64,000 bases of DNA from Harriotta raleighana (lineage: Eukaryota), in the NCBI GenBank assembly GCA_050575255.1, contig JBNZDD010013663.1:1025650-1089649 (forward strand), written 5' to 3'. The stretch's first letter is position 1, and each line of letters starts with the position of its first letter. A model generated the notes under the pieces. It saw only the letters and a program-made list of their open reading frames with translations. It made no database searches and was not told where the DNA came from. A program made the position numbers and the translations under genes. This document shows positions 13,255-26,475 of the stretch, one piece after another.

Positions 13255-14005
13255 GATACACACACCACCTCACTGAACCAGTCTGGAACCTTGGTGTCTT
13301 GCTTGACCCTCAACTGTCCTTTCTATCTCACATCATCATGACCTGCTCTGCCTCCCCCCACCTCCGCAACATTGCCCAGCTCTGCCACTGCCTTTACTCT
13401 CAGGCTGCCGAAAGCCTCAAACATTTATTTATTACATCTAGGCTTGTCTACGCCATCTACCTACTTGTTGGCCTTCCAACTTTTCCCCCCACAAACTGCA
13501 TATCATCCAGAACTCTGCAGCTCGTGTCCTCTCCCGCACCAGACCCTGTGCCCCCATCAACCTCACCCTTACCTGGCTCCCCATCCATCAGAGGATAGAA
13601 TTAAAAATCCTTGTCCTCGCCTTCAAAGCCCTCCAAGGTTTTGCTCGTACATACCTCTGCAACCTGCTAAAGCCATATCACCTTATCTGCTTCCTCCACT
13701 CAGTAGGCTCTGGCGTATTCAATGTCCCCTGCCCGGCCAGCCCCACCATCAGCGGTTAGGCCATCAGCCTCTCTGCCCTCATCCTTTGGCAATCCCTCCC
13801 TCATTACCTTCACCTTGCTTCCTCCCTTCCTCTTTCAATGCACATCTCAAGACTCTCTTCAATCGTGCCATCAGCCACCCTACTATCCCTAACTCCACCC
13901 GTTCTGATCACAATCCCCTGCTCAGCTCCAAATCCTTCTCTCTCCAGCACCATGGGACATCTGCCTGATGTGAAAGGTGCTATACTGGTATAATTTAATA
14001 ATAAT
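13255..14005 (+). mobile_element. L2-clade LINE 3' fragment, decayed
   Basis: VWNLGVLLDPQLSF..HLRNIAQL..FITSRLVY peptide (ORF 13233-13598), frameshifted; L2 tail gggacatctgcctgatgtgaaaggtgctata. Confidence 0.88.
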
Positions 14006-14295
14006 AATCCTTACATGTGATTGCATTTGATGTTGTTGTTTTTGGATAGTTGGATCAAGTGATAGAAAATCCTGGCCTATTTTCCGCTGTCAAACTTAGG
14101 CGTACTGAGAACATCTGTGGTCAGCTAACACCAAACGCAAGGACTGTAACTCCATGGACATAATACCTTGGAGACCACAATTGTACCAAGTGATGCCTTT
14201 ATCCAAAAGATCACTGGAAGAGCTTGTGCAGCTCTTCTGCAAACAAACTGACACATTTTCTGATGAATCCATTTTGTATATTTGTACTGTGGTGG

Positions 14296-14680
14296 AGGTT
14301 CAGCACTTTGGGACGTCCTCCTGACGTGAAAGGTGCTATAAAAGTGTAATTTTGTTGTTGTTTGCTGTCCTTTAGCTCAGTGGTTAGAGCATTCGCCTCA
14401 CAAACAAGAGACCTGGGTTCAGTATGTTCAGTAAGTTTCCTTACTTGACATGCCTGCTAATAATCCCTCAAGAAAAAGAAAACAATAATAAATTGGTCAC
14501 TTCAATCCACGATTATCTGTGGGATACTGCTGTGCGCAATTGGCTGCCACATTTCGCCCACAAATATACAGTCAATTCACTTTACAGTAAATTCAGTGAA
14601 GTGCTTTGAGGCATCTGGAAGATGTGAAAAGCGTTATATCAAATGAAAGGATTATTATTATAAATTATATTATTATTACT
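14296..14680 (+). mobile_element. Short L2 tail followed by a full-length tRNA/Deu SINE
   Basis: L2 tail ending in (ttg)n, then an A-box tagctcagtggttagagc, a B-box-like ggttcagta, the Deu core and a (tta)n tail. Confidence 0.85.
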
Positions 14681-15479
14681 GTAGGTGGATAACTTTTTTT
14701 ATTTTGATTTACCAGCATTGTATTTGTGTCTCCTGGCTTTGAGTTGAAACTAAATCAATTTGTCCATGTTATCCATCTCTTTCAGTCTTTTAAAGGCCTG
14801 GGTCAAATAACCTCTTAATCCTCATTCTTCAATGAAACTGTTCATCTTGGCAGTGCACATTCATAACTTAATCATCCTCAATTCTGAAGCATGTGTCATT
14901 TCACTCAAAACCGTCCTTTGGTAAGATGACCAAAATTGTGAATAAAATTTAAAATTCTACATCATCATATTTCATAAGCTTGATTTAGGGAGGCTCATTA
15001 CAGATTCAATTATGAACTTGTAATTGAAAACAGTCTGTTACATACAGGAGTACATAATGACCAACATTTTTGGGAAGCATTCCTGGATGATTCCAGACAG
15101 ATACAAATTAGGGAGTATATAATTTGGTCAGTTTTATAAATTTGGTCAGTGAGTCGAGTTTATTGCCAATACTGGATTGTGTGCCAGCTAGTCAGCTAGT
15201 TTCACCCACAAAATATACACTGATAAGGCTCTGTATCAAATGCAAGGAATTTTATTATTACAGTATTTACAATTACTGCAATTTTTCTTGCAATAAGACG
15301 ATTGAACACCTGGCTACCAGCTACTGCTTCTGCATGTCCATGTACTGCAATGAATGTTGCATGCCACAGCAGCACAGATAATTCCTCATTCAATTCACCT
15401 CTTCATTTTGCAAGTAATATTGGGCTTCGACAGCATTTCTATGAATTATAGACAGGCAACTTATAGATATTTGCATTGA

Positions 15480-15600
15480 CACAACAACAACTTTGATTTA
15501 TATAGCTCCCCCAACGCTGCGTCTCTGAGCACTTCACAATGATGGATCCCGGAGCCGAGCCAAGGGCAGGGGGAAAAAGGTGATCAAAGGTGCAGTCAAA
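15480..15600 (-). mobile_element. Short L2-type 3' end (second family)
   Basis: acaacaacaactttgatttatatagc..ggatcccggagccgagccaagggcaggg, similar to 56305-56432. Confidence 0.7.
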
Positions 15601-18600
15601 ATCTATATACTGTATATATATATATATATTAAAAAAAACATACAATATATATTAAAAAAAGGAAAGCGATGAACAAAAATATACCTTTTACAGCAAGTAA
15701 TTTGAGATCTTTGGGTGAAACAAGATGGGAGAGATTGTGGGCTTAGTGGAACATTTTATAACTGCATCAGGAATTGAATATTCATTGCTATGAGACTCTA
15801 TAACCAGGCTCAAGTTTGTTATTATTAGTCTCATAATACACAGAGCTTGGTGAAGGATTCGATTTGGAATATTGTTCAAATTAGAACATTCATTTTGGAA
15901 TGGCACATTAATTTAGACAAAAATAAGTGATTAAAAAGGCTGAAAACTAATGACTCTTACAAACTCACTGCCTTGTGAGCTCAAAAGTGTTATTAAAATT
16001 AGCATAATTTGATGTGCGATTAAAATGATAATTTGATTAGAAACAACTAAACCCATGAATAATGAAACAATTCATAACCCTTTGTTTCTTTCAGGTCTTT
16101 GCAACATCCAGGAATGCTGCATATAGTCTCTTGCAGTCTGGATACCACTGCTCTGAAATCTGGCCAGTAAGTGTTCCACATGGCTGAGCTGGATGCTTCT
16201 CTGCGGGAATGTTCTCCATCAAAAACCACATGAAGGTGGACTTTCCATACAAATAGCGGGGAGGCTCGAATGTCAGCAGTCAGTACTTTAAGTTACGAAT
16301 GCACAAGAGAAGGAGAAAGATATTCAAAAACATCACTGCCAAGCATTCAAACCTCAAACCAATTGAAATTTTGAGACATTCTCCTGAGGTGCTTGAATAG
16401 AATAAAATCTGAACTGATAAAAAACATTTTTTTTTCTCAAAGGTTTTACATGAATGTGCTTCTCAGTCAAATACAATCTAACTTTTATTCAATTAGTATT
16501 TCCAAGTTTTGAAGAATTATGCCATCAGCAGAAGTCTAAACAGAGTTTTATCAAAAGGTTTAATTATAAAAAATTTAATGCACTGACAGTGATAATTCAA
16601 TACCAAATGCATTAATAATTGTTTTGTGTGATTATAACTGATTATTATAGAAATTGTTTTATTAACCACATAATCATCTGAATATGTATAACAATTTTAA
16701 TGGCAAAGAAGTTCAATTATTCACCTCTACCTCTTCAACTAACCTCTTCACCATGCCTACTGTCATTCCCTCTCCTCCTCCCTTGCTCAACATCGAACAC
16801 TGTGAAGCTCTTCAAGACATTATAATGCATGAAGGGTGCTAAAAAATGCAAGCTGTTGTACTAAATAGAAAATGTTTTCCACCGAAAAGTCTGTCGGACT
16901 AAAGTTGACTAGAGGAATTAAATATTAATATACTGTATATAGAATGATAGTAATTTTAGCAGGGGAGGCAAATCACAAATGTTTGGAGTGCCTATGTAGA
17001 CAGTCTAGACAGCAAATTGTTTGACAAGTTTAAACTAACCAGGTGTACAGTCTGTTGTTTGGTGGCAGAGGTATAAAATATGTGTGGAAGGCGGCACTCA
17101 AAGACCTATTTCTAGGTCCTCAACCAATCTGGAATTGGCTAACAAATCATCTCAAGAATTCATACCTCCTGAGCCTGTACAGTACCTCAGTTGAACAAAG
17201 CATTGAAGGTTTGCTTACACACGATCAAAGACAGAATTTAAAGCATCATTTATTTGGGGTCAGAGATTAAAAAGCTGGTTAGTTTCCCTATAACTGTTGC
17301 ACTCGTAGTTTGGCTCTGGTGTTAATTAATAATGCATAATAGCCATATTTTCCAGCTCTGGATTTGTTTGTAGCTTCTCTGAGTTGGATTTCCCATTGCC
17401 TCTACATGCGAAGCTAGGGGAAAAGTCACAGAATTGGTACAAATTGGTACAAATAAATGTGGCAATGAACTGCATTTGCATGGGTGCCTTGACTTTATTC
17501 CAAGTATCACAACATGTTTGTCTATAAATACATAGTCACTCTAATTTACTATAACTGAGGCACTTTGAGACATTCTCCTGAAGTGAACAAGTGATATTGA
17601 ATACAAGGTTTATTGTTATTATAAATCATATCAAAATATTCACACAAATTCATGTAATCTTCCATTTGAGATGAGACCTCTGTTTGTCAAATACAATAAA
17701 TAGAGCATACATCAGATTGTTTGCCTGTGCCAAATTTATTATTTTCCCCAACTGAAAGAGGCTAAGCTATCAAACATTACCAAATTACAGTGATATGTTA
17801 ACAAGGATCAAATTGCTAGCCCCTGGTAAGGGCTTTTCTACTTAGAAAGGGCATGACCCCTGAACGTGGGCCAGTTTCGAGATCATAGGAGACAAAATCT
17901 ACTGTGTAAATTGTATGCACAGTAATTTAAAGACAGTTGCAAAAAGCCTTTACAACTTAAATTGTGAAAAATAAATGCAGATCAGCACTTTGTGCCTGTT
18001 CCACTCTGGTTCTTCACTGATGCAACCTCTAATCCCATTTAACAGTTTTTTTTAAACCTACTTTTTTCAATATACTGTACAGTAATTATTTCATAAGCAT
18101 ATAGCATCATAGATTATGTACTTCTGCTGAAGTAACAGCAAGATACATAAAGGTAATTCGAGATATTAAAAAGCTACAGTCGAAAGTAAATAAAAAAATG
18201 ACCTGTCATATCTGGTTTCCCACATCGATCTGTAAGGCTTTTCATTATACTTTGCTCACCACTGAACTGAACTCACCCTTCTACCTTGTCAGCTTCGACT
18301 TTTATGTAACTAACCATTAAACAGATGTATGATTTACTGCACTGTGCGGTGCTTTGCTTGTGTAAACAGAATCAGAACCAAATAGAGACTAAGGCCTGGT
18401 TTCACCTGCTCAGATAAAAACTCAATGAACTGGAATTTACAAAAGGCACAGAAGTAATCTTCAGGTCAGAACATCACGTCTCAGCAGTTTAGAAAAAGGT
18501 GAGGGCCACATTTTAAGCCGACGTCAATGAATTAGTTTGCAATCTGCAAGGATAGAGTTTGCTTTCTTTCCTTGGCCTTTCTATAATTAGAATCAAAGGA

Positions 18601-19859
18601 AGAGTTTGAAAATTCTATTTGAAACAAAGCTGATCAAATCAAGTAGAACAGGCAGATGCTGAGCAAGGCTTTGAATATTCATTAACTAGAGATTTAACAT
18701 ATTTTTGATTTGCAACAGTCTGATCAACAAGACACCTGCTTTCTGTGAACAAGATATTCATTTGGTGACCTTATTTGTCATGGCCTGCCAGCTCAACAGA
18801 ATAATATTAAATCACATCTGCAGGTTAATGCTCCTGCAAAAAATATTCATAGAAACCCGACACAAAACATACACCTATTTTCTATTTTCCAATCTGTGTT
18901 AAGATATAATTAAAATTGAAACTTTCATTTAACAAAAACATAGAATTTATCAAATTTTTCAGAAAGGGGAAGAAATTTTCTCACGTCTAAGCCACTGCTG
19001 TTCTTGGCCTCTGCCACTGCTACTCTGTAATCCGCTACTTTTAAGAACTTGGGTAATTTGAGCTCAGTTTTACCTTCTGACTATTCCTTCTGGAGAAGTG
19101 CTCAGACACCTCGGACACTCCAGCAGCAAAACAGCTTATGTAAACTCATGCCTGTGGTATGCAAAAAAAAAATGCGCTTCCTAAAATTTCTATTGCATGT
19201 TATAAAGCAAACTGGAAAACTGCAAAGAACTAATGCCAATTGTGGTGGGCATTATCCCGGGAGGTTTTAGCCATTTTATAGCTGCAATCATGAATATTAC
19301 ATTGGCTCACATTGATGGGCTCTCCACAGTCTCAGCAACCCCTCATTAGTTCTACTAATAAGGTGATCAACACTCAACATTTAAATAAAGCAATCAAAAA
19401 GCAAATAATATAATGTAAATATTATCAGAAATTTGAAATAACTCAAGGTTCACTGACAGTAAGACTGCTCCTTATATTTGATATTTAACCAGCAACTTGA
19501 GCATGTTGGAAAACTGAAATACTACATGTACTTAATTTATTATGTAGCAATCCACATGATATTTCTTAATGAGCGAGTCTATTTCCACTGCACAGAAGGC
19601 CCTAGTGAATCCGGTTAACTATCATGTTTATGAGTCAGTCACATATGCTCATCTCATTATCGGCACTGTGAAATTGGCAGACAGTCCCTTTCCCAGTGAC
19701 AGACCTGTACAACATTCTTTAATAAAAAAAACTCTTATTGTACACCGCTCTATGATCATTTATTCCTTTAAAAAAACTTTGTTTCACTCTGAATGAACAA
19801 AAGTGTATTTCAGACATTCACTTCGACTCCTCCAATGGTTTCTCTTCCTGCCCTCCACA

Positions 19860-20195
19860 TAAAGCATTCCTCAAGGCTCTCACCTCAGTCTCCTCCTTTT
19901 CACAGTTGATTTGATCTTCCTTGATGGCATCATCTGGAGATAATGGGACCAAATTCCATATGTATAAAGATAACGCCCAACCCTACCTTTCTGCCCTTAA
20001 CTTCCCTTCCAAACTGCTGTTCTGAATTACTGTTCTCTGGAAGTCCACCACTTTGTCGCCTCCCTCTCACCTTCAAAGCCCACCTTAAAACCTATTTCCT
20101 CAACTAGGTTTTCCTCTTTTTTTCCTCCAGCTTGGACTTCCAGGGAGGTGTGTGAAGTGCTAAGAGACATTCTCTCTGCATGAGAGGTTGTTGTA
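19860..20195 (+). mobile_element. Old L2 fragments
   Basis: Degenerate RT-like segment (cattcctcaaggctct, PQGS) and the 3' motif ccttcaaagcccaccttaaaacc. Confidence 0.55.
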
Positions 20196-21789
20196 GTTCA
20201 GTGCTAAAACAGATAGAATTTCCTGTCCTAAAATAGGAACAAAAGATGTTTCATTTCTTTTGAGAATAAGTTCAACATTATCAGGCACCTAGAATTGACA
20301 GCTCGGTGTCTTAAAATCATCTCTTCTCTTATTTAAACCCTATTGGAAGCTTCATTGCCATTTGAAAGTACCGCCCACCGCCTCTGCCTTTCACAGGCAA
20401 AAGCTGACTTTTACTCCAAAGTCATCTTGGAGGGCAAAAACATCCCAATATACACTGTTTTCTACTGTTCATCACATCCTCCATGCACCCTCTCCAGTTC
20501 CCTTTTTCCTAACGTCAACAACAACAAAATTTGTCCCAAGGCGCTGAACGGTCAGGTCAGGACCCAAGCAAGGGGCAGAGGCAGGGTAGTGGGGGAACGG
20601 GAGTGAATAGGGGGAGGGGAGAGAAAACAAACACCAAGTGTAAAGAGGTCCTACACTTCTTCGCCCTCAAAGAATGAAAACATCTGCTTGGCTGCATCAT
20701 CCTCACCAAGCCCCATGTCCTCTTCCACCCACCCAGACCATCCACACCGCCTTCTCACTCTGCCACTGCTCCTGTAATTGCCCCCTTCTTACACTTGGAC
20801 CTGTCAGCTGATCTATCACATCACTGGATGGGACTTCCAGTTTCTGAGTTACTGATTTAATTCTGTCTTTTTTCAGTTAACATGGAACACCACAAACTGG
20901 CACCTTAATGATATTATACATATCTGGAGAGTCCAATTGCAACAGGTTTGTTTTGGACTCAGCCACTGGGATCACTCCGCAATGAGATATTTATCAGGTG
21001 ATAATTAATCCATTATGCAGGTAAATCACTGACTATGCTCACACATTAAGACAACAGCAGGTAAAGTATTAAGTGGGTGTTAGATCTATAGATCATATAC
21101 CAGCAGGAGTCAGTGCCTTTAAAAAGCAGAAAAAATTGAAGAAAAAATGCTGAAGCAGCCCTACGTTTTACATTGGAAAACAGCCAAAATCTCAAACCCT
21201 AAAAGTGTTGTAACAATGTGTAAGGTGGAGACATCCAGAGACATGGAGAAGGATCACACATTACAATAGAAACCCCAAAATATATTTTATGATGTGATTA
21301 GAGCAAAAACGTGAGCATTATACTCTGCTGTAAACCAATCATGATCCTTTCTTAAAAATTGATAGTCAGGTTTTAAGAATGACCTGCTGTTGGGTCAGAA
21401 AGAAAGGTCCATAGCAGCACCATCAAACATCTGGACAAGTATTATGCAACACTGCTGACTAAGAATGTAGTAAAAATGATGGTACTTTTTAACTAACAGT
21501 TAATTGTATGGTTATTATTGTATGGTCAGCTGGGTCCATTGTCTCACTGTCCACATTATAATAATCTTTGAATTTGATATATAGTCTACAACATCAACAA
21601 TGTTCCATAGCACTAGAAAAAATTCTGTAAAGGGTAGTGATTGTGCATTTACACTCTGCAACTAATTTGTGCTCAATAATGTCAGAAAAACAGCCATGAA
21701 GTGAATGACGAATGTATTTATCTTGGGGATTGATGCCCGGGACATTGGGAATAACTTTTCTGTCCTATCTGAAAGCAAGCAGCTGCAAC

Positions 21790-21897
21790 AATTCAATCAA
21801 TTCACTTTACAGTATATTCTGTGAAGCGCTTTGGGACGTCGAGAAGATGTGAAAAGCGCTATATCAAATGCAAGGCTTTTTATTATTATTATTATTA
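21790..21897 (+). mobile_element. SINE 3' fragment
   Basis: caattcactttacagtatattctgtgaagcgctttgggacgtc..aaagcgctatatcaaatgcaagg(tta)n. Confidence 0.85.
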
Positions 21898-22016
21898 TAC
21901 TGAGCTAGGCTTAAACCACCTACAACCCCAAGATATGGCTGATTTCCAGATTGTTGTTCATTTTCCTTTTGGTGTGTTGCACCACATGTTCACAAAGTGA
22001 CTTCGGCAGTGATTTA

Positions 22017-22333
22017 TAATAATCCGTGCATTTTAATATAGCGCTTTTCACGTCTTATAGACGTCTCAAAGCACTTCACAGAATATACTGTAAAGTGAAT
22101 TGACTGTATATTTGTGGGTGAAACGCGGCAGCCAATTGCGTAAAGCAGTGTCCCTACAAACAGTCATGGATTGAATTGACCAATTTTATTATTATGTTTT
22201 TTTTTGGAGGGATTATTATTAGGTGTGTGGAGTAAGGAAACTTGCCGAAGGTTTCACCCTGACCTGCCTAGATTCGAACTCAGGTTTCACGCTTGTAAGG
22301 TGAGTGCTATAACCACTGAGCCACAGGAGCTCC
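22017..22333 (-). mobile_element. Full-length tRNA/Deu SINE
   Basis: Tail, Deu core and tRNA-like head (aaccactgagccacaggagctcca) all present. Confidence 0.88.
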
Positions 22334-22399
22334 AATCCCACATAGTGCATGTGTCTACCTACAAATAACAGTCAGTAATTACCAGGGACGTATTTTCTG

Positions 22400-22575
22400 A
22401 AGTTTTGAGTGAAACAACGCTAAAAGTGCAAGTTATTTCTTTTGTTTCCAGCAGGGGTCACTCAACAGCAAACCGGAGCAAGAACACTAGCCACATTATC
22501 TCCTCCGTAGCCCAGAAGCATTGAAGACAAAAGTTGTGCCCCAGAGTCCTTTTCGCTGAGATCAGCTCACGAAGC
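22400..22575 (-). repeat. Old interspersed repeat fragment
   Basis: Motifs tttccagcaggggtcact and gctgagatcagct resemble a repeat I recall from cartilaginous fish; family not named. Confidence 0.4.
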
Positions 22576-23569
22576 ACAAAAAGAAAATTCTTCGAAGTTT
22601 AGCAGGGTGTTAGGTGATATCTGAGGCAACTAAAGAACTAACCTTATGTTCTGGAAACAATTTTAATTTGTGTCTGACTGAGCAGAGCAAGAAAAGCAGA
22701 GCAAAGTGTACACCCTCCACTTCCCTTAGTGCTAATCACCGAAGTCATGTCCTACATGTAATACTTTGGGGAGACGGGGTGGAGAATAGGAAACGTCTTA
22801 TGATAAGTTACCTTTGGATGTTCAGTTGATCTCTTGTACATCAGGAGTTACCTAACAGAATTTATTGCTTACAGTTATCTAATTTAAAAAACTGGGTAAT
22901 GCAGAGACCTTAAGATAGTAATCTGTTTCAACTCATTTTAAGACGGTTGCATCATTATAAAGCAATCATAAATAAAAGCCAACCACCACAGTAAATGATC
23001 TCTCAGGAAACTGGATTAGAGATGATTTTCCTATTTGAAAACCATGATCAACCATCCAGCAGGTAGTTTATCCAGGGATTTACTTTCTCCTGAATTAAAT
23101 CCATCCCATTTAAATCCCAAATCACTATTATTACCTTGGAGTTATTTTAAATCACCAAATGTTCTTCTGTAATTTTTACTTAGAAATGTGTGAGATGCTA
23201 CCTGCTAAAATTACCTACTATGCAGCTGGTAATTAAGGGATTTGTATGTGTAATCACTGCATGAGAAACTGTAATAAACAAAAGCCTTGGTTCAGAATTA
23301 TTTCTATATTCTCGCCAAAAGACTCCATTTCATTCTGATTCACTGTAATGCTATACTGAGCATTCCAACCATATAACACAGATTAAGTTCAGTCCTATGC
23401 AATTCAAATATTGTTGACTAGTTCCCAATCTTTTCACATATTAAGTCTCAAACAAGCGCATCCAAATTCAAAATCCTTTTCAGCCCATCAGAAAGGACAG
23501 AGCAAATTGAAGAATCTCTGCATCGACTGTCAATGAATGTTGGTAAAAGGTCCCATTTGCCAGTTCAAA

Positions 23570-23830
23570 CTCACGTTGAGGATCCCATGATTTTCTCTAT
23601 TTGAAAGGAGAATCTAGTTTATCTCCGTGTCCTGGTCAATCATTCTCCAAGTAAAAGTAGTCACACATTTCATGGATGTTGGACATTGATGTGTACAAAT
23701 TGGTGGTTGCGTTCGCTTTTGAATATCATCAGTACATTTCACAAATTTCTATGAAGCGCTTTGAGACTACGCATGACATGATAAGGAGCTATATCAAATG
23801 CAAGATTATTATTAGGAATAATAAAAATAA
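23570..23830 (+). mobile_element. Older Deu-type SINE, 3' half
   Basis: gatcccatg..ctatttgaa..gtgtcctggtcaa..caaattgg..gcgtt, then the SINE tail. Confidence 0.65.
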
Positions 23831-23980
23831 CTGGATATACAAATCTACTCTGTTGACTAGTTTGATGAGTTCACTCTCTGAAAAGGAACTTGGTACATGG
23901 AGCTCCATTTAGAGACCTGTTTAAGAATGACCATAAAATGTGTCTGAATATCAGTCCAAATACCATACTCAAGGTATTCT

Positions 23981-24291
23981 GTGGAATCCTATAGCTCAGT
24001 GGTTAGAGCACTCACCTTACAAGTGAGAGGCCTAGGTTCAATTCCAGGCGGGCAAAACCTTGGGCAAGTTTCCTTACTTCACATGCCTAATAATAATCCC
24101 TCAAAAAAACCCAATAATAAAAGTCAATTCAATCCACGACTTTTTGTGGAACACTGCTATGCAAAATTGGCTGCCATGTTTTGCCCACAAAATATACAGT
24201 CAATTCACTTTACAGTATATTGTGTGAAGCACTTTGAGATGTCCTGAAGAACTGATAAAGCATTACATCAAATGCAAGGATTATTATTATT
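23981..24291 (+). mobile_element. Full-length tRNA/Deu SINE
   Basis: gtggaatcctatagctcagtggttagagc (A box), ggttcaattcc (B box), Deu core, (tta)n tail. Confidence 0.9.
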
Positions 24292-24341
24292 CTGTTTGAG
24301 GGAATCCTCTAGGAATACCTGAATGAATTAAATTATTGTAT

Positions 24342-24455
24342 TAATAATAATAATCCTTGCATTTGATGTGCTTTTCATGTCTTCTAGATGTCTCAAAACT
24401 CTTCACCAAATATACTGAATTGACTGTATACAAACATGGGCAAAATGCCCACAAA
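24342..24455 (-). mobile_element. SINE 3' fragment, inverted relative to the preceding copy
   Basis: aataataatccttgcatttgatgtgcttttcatgtcttctagatgtctc. Confidence 0.8.
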
Positions 24456-25799
24456 TTACTTTGAACTGCAATGCAGAAACAGTGACAGTCCTCAAAAAAT
24501 TAATTTCTACCACATCAATCACACTGAAATAATCCTGCTAGGTTGACATTCCTACCAGAACAATAGTTTATTCCTGAAACATTTAAATACGGACATGAAT
24601 TGTGTTAAGAGATGTTTTAATATAAAAATGAAATCTAGTCAATGTAATTACCAACATATCACAGAAGTGCAAAGTACTTTAGTTGTCCTCAAAGATATAA
24701 CTCGCTTTCTTCTTCTTTATCTACAGCAGGTATCAAACCAGCCCCTTCAGGAATAAGCACAACGACATGCCATTTCATTTCATGCTTTTGAAATGGTAAC
24801 ATACAAACACACTCCAACTAAACATTCCTAAACCAGTTGGTTTCGGCATAAAAATCACCAAGGAATTAATGAACAAAAATACCTCCGAATATTTCTGGGT
24901 TGTTAGTAACTAATGACGCTTCACTAAAGAAGAAAAAATACCATCCAGGTTTTATTTAAATTCAGAAGAGTTATAGTTTAGTATAATCAGGTTGCAGGCC
25001 TCAAACCTCCTGGTTTTACATCAATACTTGAATTGTAAAGCCCTCAATTTAGCACATAAAGTATGTTTGAAGCAACACTTCATAGCTGCTCAGATGCGAC
25101 AAATAAAAGGCAAAGTCTGATGTGCAAACAGTTCCCATTTTACACAAAGTATTGGGCTCAATGTTTAATAGGTAGAAATCTGCGCACTGAACAACAAATA
25201 TGAAATAAGATGGATGGTATAATTGGGCAGTAAAGTAATCTGTACTTAACTACAAACAGAATTCCAAAGCCTTTTCTTGGTATGAAAAAAATGTGTTAGG
25301 GTGAAGAAAAACATTAATTAAACAGTTGGTTATTGCCCAGTGTCAGTTCCCTCTGTAGTTTTGAGTAGCTTTAAGAGTAGTGTTAATTTACAGCTACCAG
25401 ACTAGCTGTAAGATGATGTAAATGGGCAATCAGATTAGTTTGGAAACTACTGACAATTGGGAACATGTTCCTTCAACAAAATTGTTCAGTGTTAGCTCAC
25501 AGCCATCAATTTATGCATTTTCAAAACTGCAGTACCCATGACAGTGGGTATTTATCTGTTCCTGCATTGAGACTTTCGTGATTAAAATGACATTGGGCTA
25601 CAATATTGAGGTCCTTAAATATGGATTGCTTGAAGGAGTATATTCCCACTGAACAGAGAGTGATAACAAAGCAATAAAAATCAAAACATTCTGCAGTTGC
25701 TGGACAGCATTGACAATAGTAATATTTTTGAAGACCTTGAGAAGGGCAGGAAGGAAGGATAGATGGAACCTACGAAATTCTTGAAAGCATTTTTAAGAA

Positions 25800-26475
25800 C
25801 TAATGATAATAATCCTTACATTTGATATAGCACCTCATTACATCACTGAATGTCTCAAAATGCTTCACAGAATATATCATAAAGTGAGATAACTGCATAT
25901 TTGTGGACGAAAATGCAGCAGCCAATTGCGCACATGAACAATCAAGGATTGAGTAACCAAATTCTTTCCTTTTTTTTGAAGGATTATTACCCCTGGAAAG
26001 CAAATTGCTAATCGACTAACAACCAAGTTCCTACTTATTGCTAGGTAAACAGCGGTGTGTGGAGTAAGGAAACTTGCTTAAAGGTTATGATAATAATAAT
26101 CCTTGCATTTGATATACGGCTTTTCATGTCTTTTAAACATCTGAAAGCACTTTACAGAATATAGTGTAAAGTGAATTGACTCTATATTTTGTGGGTAAAA
26201 TGTGTAGCCAATTGCCCACAGCAGTGTTCTACAAACAGTCTGAAATGAAATAACCAATATTTTCTTTCACGGATTATTATCGGGTGTGTGGAGTAAGAAG
26301 ACTTGCCCAAGGTTTCACCCTGCCTGGGAATAAACCCAGGTCTCTCACTTGCAAGGCGAATGCTCTAACTACTGATCTACAGGACTCCACAAAACTCCAG
26401 GTTTTGTCCTGCCCAGGAGTCGAACTCCAGTTATCTAACTTGCGATATAACCGATTTGCTACAAGACTCCACAAG
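25800..26475 (-). mobile_element. Tandem SINE cluster (long-form copy, full copy and an extra head)
   Basis: Tails at about 25801 and 26091; heads ending gactccac at about 26389 and 26471. Confidence 0.85.

Noticed and set aside
23981-24055. tRNA-like sequence with A and B boxes
   Set aside because: It is the head of a SINE repeated many times in the window and continues into the SINE body; not a tRNA gene.
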